Of a stretch of 64,000 nt of DNA, positions 27,242 through 39,300 are shown piece by piece (positions within the stretch are counted from its first letter, which is position 1; every line of letters starts with the position of its first letter). Source of the DNA: Yuukianura sp. NJ FZ-2021 (taxonomy: Eukaryota); assembly GCA_046563655.1 (NCBI GenBank), contig CM102288.1, positions 4,898,001-4,962,000 on the forward strand. The letters run 5' to 3'. The notes beneath the pieces were generated by a model. It was not told the DNA's origin. It was given only the letters and a program-made list of their open reading frames with translations, and did no database searches. Both the position numbers and the translations under genes were made by a program.

Positions 27242-28074
27242 TTTGAAAGTTGTTTGAGATGTGACCGAGGTGGAAGGAGCGAAGAAACAGGGAAGAGGCA
27301 GTGTCAATGCAATCCCTTTTATCACGACAGAGTAAATTTGATCCAGTGCCTCTGTAAATTCATCCTCTGTGGAAGATTACTCAACTCAAGAGCCACTTGA
27401 CTTCCACATGTAGGAGAGTCCCTTATCTGATATTCCAGAGGTCACAAGGTCACCAGACTCAAAAAGATTCTCTTTACCAGTCATTAACAAACACAGTTTC
27501 GACTTGACACAATTCTTAGACAGAATGACGTTATCCTCATGTGACGCATCTTCCGAAACCCAATTTAATTTAACATGCTAATGCAGAAATACAACTAACA
27601 ATCATCGACTCAAAGTTTTCATCTGGTTGGTTGCACTGCTTCAATTCAGCTATAAAACTTTACCTGATACAGCATCTAAAATAAAAACGGTCCCGTAGAT
27701 CGAGAAATGCCTGTGTGACCACGTTTGAAAACTACGAATGATCGGAAATGATTTTATTAGTCTTTCTTGGGCTTTGTTACAATTAATTTAATTAAAATTT
27801 AACTAAACAACATCCATTGTTGTTTAGAAAATCGAAAAAGTTTGTCAGGGTAGGAGAGAGTTTTTAACACGTACGATCTCGCCGCTATCAGATTCTTACA
27901 AACTCAATTTATAAAACGCTACATAACAAAAATAATCATACTATATTTCATTGAACTCCTTAATAATTTTTCAATTTTTCAGTTTCCATCTTTGTCTTCG
28001 ACTAATGTTAAACTCAAATGACATTTCATAAGATATAGGAAGAACAGTTATGAAATGTGAATTGAATCAAAGTA

Positions 28075-29641
28075 TTACTCTAAGATATCAAATTCATTCG
28101 CGAATGCCAGCAAAAAGTGTAGTTTCCTCAAAGTCTTCGTCGCAACTTTGGAATTCAGTTTAAAAATCATTCTACTTGGAAACGATGCATGGAATGATCC
28201 ATCTGAACTTACATTTCGTTGTACGCTAGTATCGCCGAATTTTTCATTTCCGATTGAGTTTCTTGGCATATAGTGCTGGTTCTTCGAGGCAGAAGTTTTC
28301 CTAGTCGACTTGTCGACGAGTGTTGAGAATAGGCGATGGCATTCGGACATAGCCGATAAAACGTATGACCTTGACGGATGTTTGGTTGACAAAATAACTG
28401 AAAGCGGTCCTTGTAATCCACCGCTGAGAATGGAGTAAATATCCTTTTCTAATGCTCTTTCGAGTCCGGGACCACCATCCAACAGTTCCGGAATCTAAAG
28501 AAGTGAAATATAAAACGGCTGTTATCTTGAATGATTATATAAGAATAAGAAGCTACTCATCTTAATTAAAAGGTCTTACTTTGGCTGCATTTGTCTTAAT
28601 ATCAACCACCGCTTCACGAAATGATGTCAACACTGTGTCATTTGCTAAGTATGACGATAATGAAAAAAAAGCATAAGCCACTTCTCTCTGATTCGAAGCG
28701 TCGAGGAAATCTCCACCGAATAATCGTACAGTCCAAGCATAAGCCCCAACGACGTTTACGAGCCCGAATTTCACACTTTCGTTCGGTCTCATTTTCTGAA
28801 ACGTCAAAACATAAAACAACATATGATGAATATCAAAATCTGAATAACGTTGCTTCTATTTCATCCAGTAAAAATGGTTACCGTACCGTCAACGACGATA
28901 TAGTTGGAATTGGGTCTACGATGTCCGGCTGATCGTCGTGAAGCTTTGCTAGTTTTGAGTTCGGAGGACTCCTCGGACATGTCTTGGAAGCGCTGTCTTG
29001 TATCTCCTGAACTCTCTTGACAGGCAATGTCCACCATGGAATCCATTCCGGGATCGTTTCAGTAGAGTTAGTCGTTTCAACTCGGTGAACAAAGTTCCTA
29101 AAGTCCTCCCTCTCTTCTACGGTGAGATATTTCCATACTTCCTCCGGATTATCCAAACTTATACCCTCCAACCTTTTAGCCAAAGGTTCGTCGTCGTCAG
29201 AATCTAAATAAAATCAACAAGTCAACAAATCAAGTAATGACAGCGTCCGAAACCGAAGCGGTACTTTTCCCGCCCCAATTTGACAAATCCGATCCCGAAT
29301 TTCACCTTTGTTAACAAAACGTACCTTCCGCGTAATCAGTTTCACAAATGTATTCCTCGTTGAGGCGTTGAAGAATTTCCTCCATTCCCTTGACCTTCGC
29401 CGGGTCATTCTCATTGCTTAATTCCTCTTGAACACACTCCCGATAAAATTGTTCAGAACAGCCGGAATGCTTCTGCAGATTTTGATAACAGCTGAGAGAG
29501 CAGTAGGCTATTCCACATTTAGGGCAAACGTATTTTCTGTTGGCCGTGGCGCATCTACGTAATAAATAATGACACTCGATTGAATAACTGAAAATGAATA
29601 AAATGTAGAAAGTTTACTTACATTCCGCATAAATCCTCCAT
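28075..29641 (-). CDS. ZNHIT2: Zinc finger HIT domain-containing protein 2 (about 400 aa)
   Basis: Exons 29641-29622, 29554-29325, 29203-28887, 28795-28580, 28494-28075. N-terminal CGIC..YVCPKCGIAYCSLSCY..H..CSEQFY; DSDDDEPLAKRLEGISLD; WIPWW; LVNVVGAYAW. Confidence 0.85.
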
Positions 29642-29981
29642 AACAAAAACCAAGTGATATAAATAAGTGTACTGCAACGGCTGTGGAATGGCACAGAAAA
29701 CTTTCAAAAAACGAATTACACTACTGTCACAGGGGGCCGGCTATTCCGCTGATACGGTGATTGGCTGATTTGGATTCCGCGTGGCAAGGGCAACCGAAAC
29801 TACCTGCACAAAATTTTCTTACGACATTCAGAATATAACCTTATAACCTTTCGCTACTTAATAATTTCAAATATATTTTAAACCTGAAAAAGCAATAGCT
29901 ATAAACATTAACCATTTATTTTATGTTAATTTGTGAGCATTTAGTTCAAGGAAACATTGTTTCGGAAGTCAACTGCATTTT

Positions 29982-31717
29982 TCATTCATTTGCACTATTG
30001 TTCTTCTCGTTCAGTTCCTTTTGCTCCTGTAATACGCGATTCGAGGAACGAAGCATAACAGATTCCAAATTTTTAATTTTGTTGCTAAGGAATGAAAAAA
30101 GTGTTAGGAGAATCTCAACATCATAAGCTGCTCTGCACATCATTTGTACTGTTAGGGGACGAACGTGAACCCAATTGGGCTGCGTGAACTACAACAATAA
30201 TTGGAATGTCGACAATAGTTGAATTAAATACATTTGCAAAAATACAATAATTGATATTACCACATCCAGGTACGGATTGCTCGGGATGTTATAAACTTCA
30301 CATAATTTGTTCAACCCTATACAATTCCTCTCCAAACCATTTGGGGACTTAATAGCCCGATGTGCCATTTGTGTATCAAAAACTCGTTTAATTTGTATCG
30401 CGTAAGGGCGATACAGACTTGACACGGCATCTCTGCAGTCATGTACAACCTTTTAAACAAAAATGAACCAGATATGACTCATCCTTTGAATATGAAATAT
30501 GCCCTTTGAATAGAAATTTGAATGTAAATAAATCATTACCTTCACCAAGTTAGTACATTCCATAAACGTTCTGACGAAGTCGATAATTACGTCAGAGGTT
30601 AGGTCGAAAATAAAATATTCTCGAGCTTCCGTTCCAGCGTTGAGCATGCATGGTGTAACTGTACCGGAATCATCTTCAATCCACTTGATATCTACGGCGA
30701 TAAACTTCTGTTTTAGTAAGCGTTCGGTAACTTTGGCGGCTTTCTTCTTGCCGGCTACAACCACAGTTTTCTCGAACTTTGATTTCTCAACACATAAAAT
30801 AGAAAAAGGTTTCGAATCTGGACTTCGGATTTCCTCTTTTACGGAATGTGTTGAACACATTGTGGGAGTCTGTGGAGATCCGGAGTTGAACACAATATCT
30901 CTTATTTTCGAAGCGCAAATTTCCAGGAATTCCAGCGGCTGTGCAATTTTTGCCCTGAGAAGAGGATACAGCTTTACCAATGACAGCACATCACTTGCGG
31001 CATAACACATCATATCCTCCGTTAGTGGTCTTTGCTCCCAGTATCGTTGGTTTTTGGAATACTTTGAACAAAGATTACAGTGAACATAGCAAATAATAAG
31101 TAGGAAACAAATTCAAGAAATTTAATTCTTAAGTTACTTACGTCAATTTTTCCTTTGAATGGATTCGATGGTAAACCGTACATAATATTTAGGTCATTCA
31201 GTCCCAGTTTCGACCTCGGCGAATTGTTTCCATTTTTTGAGTCGATATAAATTTGAGCGAGTTTGGTGTCTACCACTTGCTGGCAAAATATTTTGTGTTC
31301 AGCGAACAAGTTTGCGACATCTGACTGGCAGTCATGCATAACCTGAAATCCAATACAAATATAAATTCGTTTGTAAGTTTGATTGGATATTGTATTACTA
31401 GAAGCTCCTTCATAAAAAACTACAGTGACAGTATACTTTTAGTGCCTCACCTTAATAACATTCGATTGTAAAAGCGTCCGTACTCCATTGTGTACTCCTC
31501 TTTGTAACATATCAAACAAAAAGACAAATCCAGCTGGGGTTGCGACTTGGACTAGTGTAACCTTGCCTAAGTAACCCAGATTAACTCCTTCGCAGTCCAC
31601 CCCTAAATACTCCTGCTTTAACAAATGATCGAGAAGAATTGTCGTCCAATTTTCATCAGTGACAAAATGCATTATGCTTCCGAGGACTTCACTTTCCAAT
31701 TTTCCAGCGCCAGACAT
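29982..31717 (-). CDS. EXD1/Egalitarian-like DEDDy 3'-5' exonuclease protein with two tandem exonuclease domains (about 461 aa)
   Basis: Exons 31717-31451, 31342-31142, 31061-30540, 30449-30261, 30188-29982, all phase 0. Domain 1: GVDCEG..LVQVAT..LFD..KVMHDCQSD..DT..WEQRPLTEDMMCYAASDV. Domain 2: AVDIKW..IFD..KVVHDCRD..FDTQ..RPLTVQMMCRAAYDV. Confidence 0.88.
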
Positions 31718-32052
31718 CTTATATGTAATTTAAAAGTAAACACTTCAATATGTACTGTAAGTGAAATTATTTCAAATTGGAAATCCACACGTTCTTTTTA
31801 AATGTTTGAAATCGGAATGAACGAATCTGAAAACTGAAATAACAATAGGACATAATACAAGAAGGACAGTTGAAAAAAGAAGGTTCTTTTCGTCCTTGGG
31901 GGATGATAATGATAGTAAGGATTAAGGCTGCAGTCCCTCCAATGTTGCCACCACCCAGGAACCAACCGTAACAATAACTAACGAATGGTTATATTCAATG
32001 TGTGCATTGAAGTGGTTATTTTTTATCAACAGTTTTTATCGAGTGTAACCAC

Positions 32053-33617
32053 TAGGGGTAGGCATCCGGATTTTGGCTCCGGATTCAAATCCGGATTTTT
32101 GATGGATTCGGATTATCCGAAATCCGGATTTTTAAATACTGAAATCCGGATTTCTACGGATTTCAAGAGCTATTCGAGGGCATGTGCGGTATCAAAAAAA
32201 AATAGCCAACCTCAGATTTACTCAATTTCAGGGTTCGTAAAATACCGTATTTTGTATTGTTGTGCCAATGTTGTGCCAATGTTGTGCTAATGTTGTGCCA
32301 ATGTTGTGCTAATGTTGTGCTAATGTTGTGCCAATGTTGTGCTAATGTTGTGCCAATGTTGTGCTAATGTTGTGCCAATGTTGTGCTAATGTTGTGCCAA
32401 TGTTGTCCTAATGTTGTGCTAATGTTGTGCCAATGTTGTGCTAATGTTGTGCTAATGTTGTGCTAATGTTGTGCCAATGTTGTGCTAATGTTGTGCTAAT
32501 GTTGTGCCAATGTTGTGCTAATGTTGTGCTAATGTTGTGCTAATGTTGTGCTAATGTTGTGCTAATGTTGTGCCAATGTTGTGCTAATGTTGTGCCAATG
32601 TTGTGCCAATGTTGTGCTAATGTTGTGCTAATGTTGTCCTAATGTTGTGCTAATGTTGTGCCAATGTTGTGCTAATGTTGTGCTAATGTTGTGCCAATGT
32701 TGTGCTAATGTTGTCCTAATGTTGTGCTAATGTTGTGCCAATGTTGTGCTAATGTTGTGCTAATGTTGTGCCAATGTTGTGCTAATGTTGTGCTAATGTT
32801 GTGCCAATGTTGTGCCAATGTTGTGCTAATGTTGTGCCAATGTTGTGCTAATGTTGTGCCAATGTTGTCCTAATGTTGTGCTAATGTTGTGCCAATGTTG
32901 TGCTAATGTTGTGCTAATGTTGTGCCAATGTTGTGCTAATGTTGTGCCAATGTTGTGCTAATGTTGTGCCAATGTTGTGCCAATGTTGTGCTAATGTTGT
33001 GCTAATGTTGTCCTAATGTTGTGCTAATGTTGTGCCAATGTTGTGCTAATGTTGTGCTAATGTTGTGCCAATGTTGTGCTAATGTTGTGCTAATGTTGTG
33101 CCAATGTTGTGCTAATGTTGTGCCAATGTTGTGCCAATGTTGTGCTAATGTTGTGCCAATGTTGTGCTAATGTTGTGCCAATGTTGTGCCAATGTTGTGC
33201 CAATGTTGTGCTAATGTTGTGCTAATGTTGTGCCAATGTTGTGCTAAGGTTGTGCTAATGTTGTGCCAATGTTGTGCTAATGTTGTGCTAATGTTGTGCC
33301 AATGTTGTGCCAATGTTGTGCTAATGTTGTGCTAATGTTATGCCAATGTTGTGCTAATGTTGTGGCAATGTTTCATTTTTTTTTTCAACACTAGTAATTT
33401 GATTCAAAAAATAAACACGCCGAATTTATCATCAAGGTTTTAGCTACGAGTGTTTCCAACCTGCATTTCTGACACCAATATCTTAAACCAATTTTGAATT
33501 TCTTATGGGAGTTAACACAGAAATTGAAATCCGGATTTAAATCCGGACTTCAGGATTGAAATCCGTCAAAATCCGAAATCCGGATTTTAAGAAACCCGCT
33601 CCGGATTCCGACCCCTA
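32053..33617. mobile_element. Non-autonomous hAT-type element containing an internal satellite array
   Basis: TIR taggggt(a/c)gg(c/a)atccgga; perfect 8-bp TSD gtaaccac (32045-32052 / 33618-33625); multiple subterminal atccggat motifs. Confidence 0.9.
32258..33368. repeat. 11-bp tandem repeat array, (TGTTGTGCYAA)n, about 101 copies
   Basis: Directly visible; 1111 bp / 11 = 101 units. Main variants tgttgtgccaa and tgttgtgctaa, with occasional tgttgtcctaa. Confidence 0.97.
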
Positions 33618-34534
33618 GTAACCACAGATGGTTCTGTGGTTACACTGGATTCTAATTCCTGTATTGTAATTTTTCATACTTTTTTCGTTTTTCAAAACGT
33701 AGGATAGGGAACTTCTACTAGTCAAACGGCGTCTGAAGGGGCTGAAGATGCTTCAGAACAAAACAAACACAAGAGACGCATTCATTAGCAGATTTAGAAC
33801 GTAGCAGGTGAAATGGCCAAAATGGAATGACCAAAAGTGAAAAAATCCTTTTTTATCATTTCACTTTTTGGCCAAATTACGTGGAATCGATTCAGAATTT
33901 TTGTTTTTGGAAAATCCAAGTTCCAAATTCGATGTTTTGAGTTGAAGTTTTGTAACATAGGAAAAAGTTTCAAAATGTTTCTCATAAAACAGATTTAAGC
34001 AACAAAAAGTTTTCATTTCACTTCTGTTAAAACAACAAATGTTAAGCCAAACTTTTAATTTCAGTACTATTTGAATAAGAGAGTTTCTTTAATTATTATT
34101 GTCAAAAATAAGAGCAACTTTCTCAGGGTTCAGGAACAGATCAGACAATGGAGATTATTTCGTCATCTCCTGATTTTAATTACGAACTCCGCCGTTTCAC
34201 GGCTTCTTTCTCCATGCTTACAACTGACGTGCTTTTCAGTTTCAAAAAAAAATCTTTTTAAAAAAGCTATTCTAATATCACAGTATCTGATGTATCCAAA
34301 ATCCAATGTTCTCGATTTTCTGGAAGTGAAGACGCAAAGTTCCTTAATCAATTCCGTGTTCGCTTCTCTTTTCTCATTGCAGTGCAGATTTTGGAGATTT
34401 GGATTGAGAAAAAAAGTGAATCCCAAATTACACTTTTTAGACAAATGGAAGTGTAGTGGAAATGCAAATGTAGTGTGGTTCGAAAAAAATTTCTTTTTTA
34501 CTGAAACGGACCAAGGAGAAAGTTGCTGTTTTGG

Positions 34535-34908
34535 CAAAGAATAGCCATAAGAGGTAGAAAGGCCAAACTAATGCACCCCCACGTCATAGAGTTTTTATGA
34601 ATAGGTTTAGATATGGAACCAATCAGGCTCTATGAGTCTGAATCCAACCGCCAATCAAATCGTACGAGTCTGAGTCCGTATATCACGATATATCCGGTGA
34701 TGGCGGGAAGAGAAATCACTCCACATTACACCTAAGCTATACCAGCGGTCACCCCACTGAAAACCCCACTCATCCAAATCTCACGGCTTCGGCGAAACTC
34801 GTGAGGCCGAGTAAACATCGGAGAGGGGGGGAGCTGAGGGGAAGAGAAAGTATTCATAAACACTTTTCTCCACCCTTTGGCCTTTCTACCTCTTATGGCT
34901 ATTCTTTG
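34535..34908. mobile_element. Young MITE with a 33-bp perfect TIR and 9-bp TSD (Mutator-like by TSD length)
   Basis: caaagaatagccataagaggtagaaaggccaaa and its exact reverse complement; ctgttttgg on both sides (34526-34534 / 34909-34917). Confidence 0.9.
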
Positions 34909-36391
34909 CTGTTTTGGAATTGGTTTGGAGTAGACTAGTTCTTTTTTTTAAACTACAAAATGAAACACAGCCTGTTGAAATTACATTAGCATAGTGTAAG
35001 CTATACTGGGAATTGGGACAGCAGAAAGTGGAAGCGGAAGAGACTCTTTTTAATCCACTTTTTTTTTGTTTTAATTTTAAAATGAAAAGCAAGATTGGTT
35101 GGGTTCGGAAAGAAAGCAAAAAAAGAATAGGACTGACACTCTCCTTCGTCACGTTCAACGTAGAAAAAGCAGCGCTTCACAATTTTCACCTTGTCCTCGA
35201 CTCCTGTAGTGAAAGTCACGTCTGCTTTCGCTCCTTCAATCATTTTCTTATCGACGACTTTCAGAGTCCCTGTGGCATCAACTATGGCAACGCTCCAGAA
35301 ATTGACTCAACTCCCTCAAGGTTTTTTCTGTAGAACAGCAAAAGTCAAAATCTTAGAAAAAAAAAATTTCTTTAAAGATGTTTACAACCGCAAAAACTTC
35401 ACACGTAATTAAAATTATGTAGAAAAGAGAGTACAACGTGTTTAAATTTATTGACAAAAAGGAGAAAAAATAACGACAATTACGACATACTTGTTCACAG
35501 TTTGTTATAAATTAGGTACATAAGTTAATGTTAATGCTAAAGTTAAACATAATCGTGATAAAGTCAGTTAACACTTTAAGTGTCATGTTTGTCACATTGA
35601 GAGCACCACCGAAACATCAAAAACTAACTAATGCCTAGCTAAACGTAAGTTTTTTAAGTGGTTAGGTTAATCTTTAACCTAATCGAAAGTTACGCAAGTT
35701 AAGCTCTTAGCCCACATTTGGTTTACAAATCCCTTGGGAGAGGGGAGGGATTTAAACTGAATTATAAGTTATAATATCTTAAATTTCGTTTTATGCAACT
35801 AATAACATAAATCTTGGACATTTAACTCAAACGCGTGTAAGCATTTTCAGGTTAGTCTAAATTTAAATACATTAATTACTCACTTTTGCTTTCTAATGAC
35901 TTTAGCATGGCACAAACTAACTTTCACAAGTTTATTCGGAAAGTCTAGAATAGAACTTGGAGAGTGTAAATTTCAATTTACGCTATTTGTTAGAATTCAA
36001 TAAAAGTCTGACGCTGTAAACTTAAAGGAAATAAGAATAAGTCATGTCTTCCATCATAGCTCGTTAGATAAAATTTGACGTTTTTTACGTTAGGGTAAGC
36101 GTCGGGAAGTCTTGAGGTTTTTTGGTTTTAGTTTCAGTTTTACTTTTTAATCTCATGCTTCATTTCACTCTGATTAATCCCCGACTCATGGATGAGGAGA
36201 ATCCAAAAATCGGCTTTATGTGAGATATGCCCATGAGGCAACTAAAAGTTTCGATCTAGAAAGTAACTTCTTGGTAACTTTTAACTAATTAGTGAAAAGA
36301 GACTAGCTAGCTGTTTTTGAAAATAGCGCACTGACCAGGACTTTTCTAAAAACGCCTTAGGGCAATTAAAAAAACTGACGCTGCGTAGAAT

Positions 36392-39300
36392 TCAGTTCAG
36401 GGTGGTTGAGATGACAGGATGGGATGGAGATCCTGGTAAACTGATGATGCGTGGAGATGATATGTCCTTGTCCTCCATTAAACCTTCGTGGTCGTTGCTA
36501 GGATACCGGACTCCGTTACGACCGGAGATTCCAGGTGAGTCGACGGTGTTGCCAGACAACTGCTGCTGCTCTACTGCAACGACGGCTGCGCCTGACGGTG
36601 CAGCAAATACATGATGCTCCTCAATTTGTGTCGTGCGTGTAGGACTCAACTGTTGAGCGTCACTGTGGCCCACACTCTTGCTGCTTCCACGGCGCGAACC
36701 TTTGCTCGTGCGCAGTCCACCGCCGCAACAAGTCGAACTCGAGTGGTTACGATGTTGTCGGTGATGGTCGCCCGCCGAACCGTTGTGGGCTAAAAGGTCA
36801 TCATGAGTTGACCTAAGCAAAAACAAAAAAAATTCAGTCAAAATTTGAATTCCAAATTTTTTTCATGCCATCCATTTGAGTTTTAGTATTTTTCATTTCA
36901 TGGTAACGGTAGATGCGATGTTTTTAAGCAGCATATGAATTTATGGTTTTCAGTTTTTTTCGCATTCGCATGTAAAAATAGCTAATAAGTTTCTTTTCTT
37001 CCTTTCATTCAAATTTTTTTTTCCAAAAAAGTTTCCAAAAACTTTTTAATTTGAGTAAGTTCTTACTCCTTAGCCTACTACAATCTGTGTTGTTGCCTAG
37101 GATTCACCTGTGATAAAATTTTGATGAGATTTGATTGAGTGGGACCCATATATTCTTCGAGTCTGCTTCGGATCTCCACTGATTCCATTTTTTATTCAGT
37201 TCAGATCGAACTTCTCCGTTGATCAAGCAGTACAAAATGCTCACAAAAAATCCCTGAAACAACAGAAAAACACTTTTTTTAACAGAAAAACGAAATTTTG
37301 AAATTGAAAAAAAAGCAGCAGGAGTTTATGAATAAGACAAGAGGAATTGGGGAAAGTGTTCCCAATGACAAATGAGGAACAGAAAAAACAAAAAGAGCCG
37401 TAAATCGTCTCTTCCTTAAGAGCCCTTTAATTCAATTTAATCTTCGCTTTCGGATTTTTCAATTTACAAAATGGATCAACAGGAGGACAGATTTTCAAAA
37501 CAAAAACAAACAAAAAACAGCACTTTACTTTCGAAGAAGGTAAATAATAATATATTTATGCAGTGTTACAAAGTGGCTAACCTGGAAGGAGGCAAAGAAT
37601 TGGTCACAGAAGAGCCAGGTAACTTCGATGACTGGATTTTTTCCGGCGTAGGTTGACATCCATAGGAAGAGCATGTAGTGCACTCCAAACAGTGGCACGA
37701 GCACTAGAGTCGACTTGGCCCACTTCCTGTTTAAGTAAAAAAATTCAGCTAGTGACCTTTCACCTCATTAGAATTCAAGAATTGAACAACGTAATCATTG
37801 AGAAGCGATGGGAAATATGAAAAGCTTTATCAAGCAACTTGGAGCATTTCTTGATCTATCAACAATTCGACTTCAAGACTACAGAAACTAATTAAACTAA
37901 GGCTAAATTAAGTTATAATTCAACATAAACGTCATATCTGTACACAGTGGTTAACCTACCTATACCTGTATTTCCTCGTCTCAATGGACACTGCTGACTG
38001 GAGCTTCAGCAACAGCACGCGCACGATGTTCACGAAAAACAAAAAGTTTAGCTAAAAAAAATTCAAAAATTAGTCAATTTTTACGCCCATTGTTTACCCT
38101 AAATCTAAATGTCTATAATATCTAAATATCTAAATGTAATGTTTATAAACATTAGTGGAGTTTATAAACTCCACTTTAATCCAACTAAAATTAACATATG
38201 TATATTAGAAAACGAAATCCAGAAAAATCAGATAATTTTTCAAAAGAGTCTTTTTTTTACAAGTCTTGGAACGCATTACTTTCACCGTATCATCCGCAGT
38301 TAACCAAACTTAAAGCAACACAAGTTTCTTTTATGCTAAAGCTTTTCTCAACTTTCACCTCACACGTTCGAAGTTTTAAAAAGGCCAAAGTGGACCTTTG
38401 AGAGACCTTCTGTGTTGATTTAGGCGGGAGGATTTAAACTTCAGTACTCCGGTTGTGTGACACGTACTGGAGGAATGGAACAAAGGGCGGCAAAGTAACC
38501 ACAAAGATTCCTTTGAAGTGTCGCACAAAGTTGCCATTTCCAATAGGAAAGGAAAGAAAAAAGTGGGAATTGTAACTTGCCTGCCTCTGTTTATTTAGTT
38601 TAGTTCAAATTGGAAAGACCTATGTGCTGGTTTTCCTGAGTGAGTTTATCTTACCTAACCTAGAAATCCAAAAACCTAACCTGAAAAGTGTAAGTTGAAA
38701 AGAAAAACCCAAGTTTTCTTTTGTTAAATCCCTTACCACGATGGAGACAATGATGGGAATGCGGATAATGAGGAAGAGATCTTTGTTATCGTGCGTGGTC
38801 CAGCAGAAGGTGTCTTCCAGAACGGCACGAGCCACTACCCAGGATCCAACTACCACAAGTGGACACCCTGTGGACCAAAGTCACGAAGAAATACATTAGG
38901 ACGGTAATGGACGGCCACTCGTGGACGGTTATGGACGGCACGAATGACTCATAGGTAATGGGTTTTTACTAGGGATGCCGCCGTTTCCGTGTAGAACGGG
39001 ACACGAAACGGGCTTTCCGATTTTTCCGTTTTCGTTTTTTTAATTTTTTGAAACTTACCTTTCGTTTCGTTTCCGTTTTCGCCAAAAAACGAAAACAAAA
39101 ATCAAAAAACGGAAACGTTTCCTTTTCGTTTCCGTTTTTAACAAAAAACGGAAACGGAACGCACCGCGGCAACCCTAGTTTTTACACACTTTCGGCTTTA
39201 GAGGCTTTAGAATTGTTTTTGGTTGGAATCTTTTTTTTTATAAGATTTGGTCCATAAGTACGGCCGTCCATGATCGTCCAAGAACAAAGTGAAAAGAGCA

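Noticed and set aside
32258..33368. Possible CRISPR array
   Set aside because: The 11-bp units are contiguous with no unique spacers, there are no cas genes, and the context is eukaryotic; it is a satellite.
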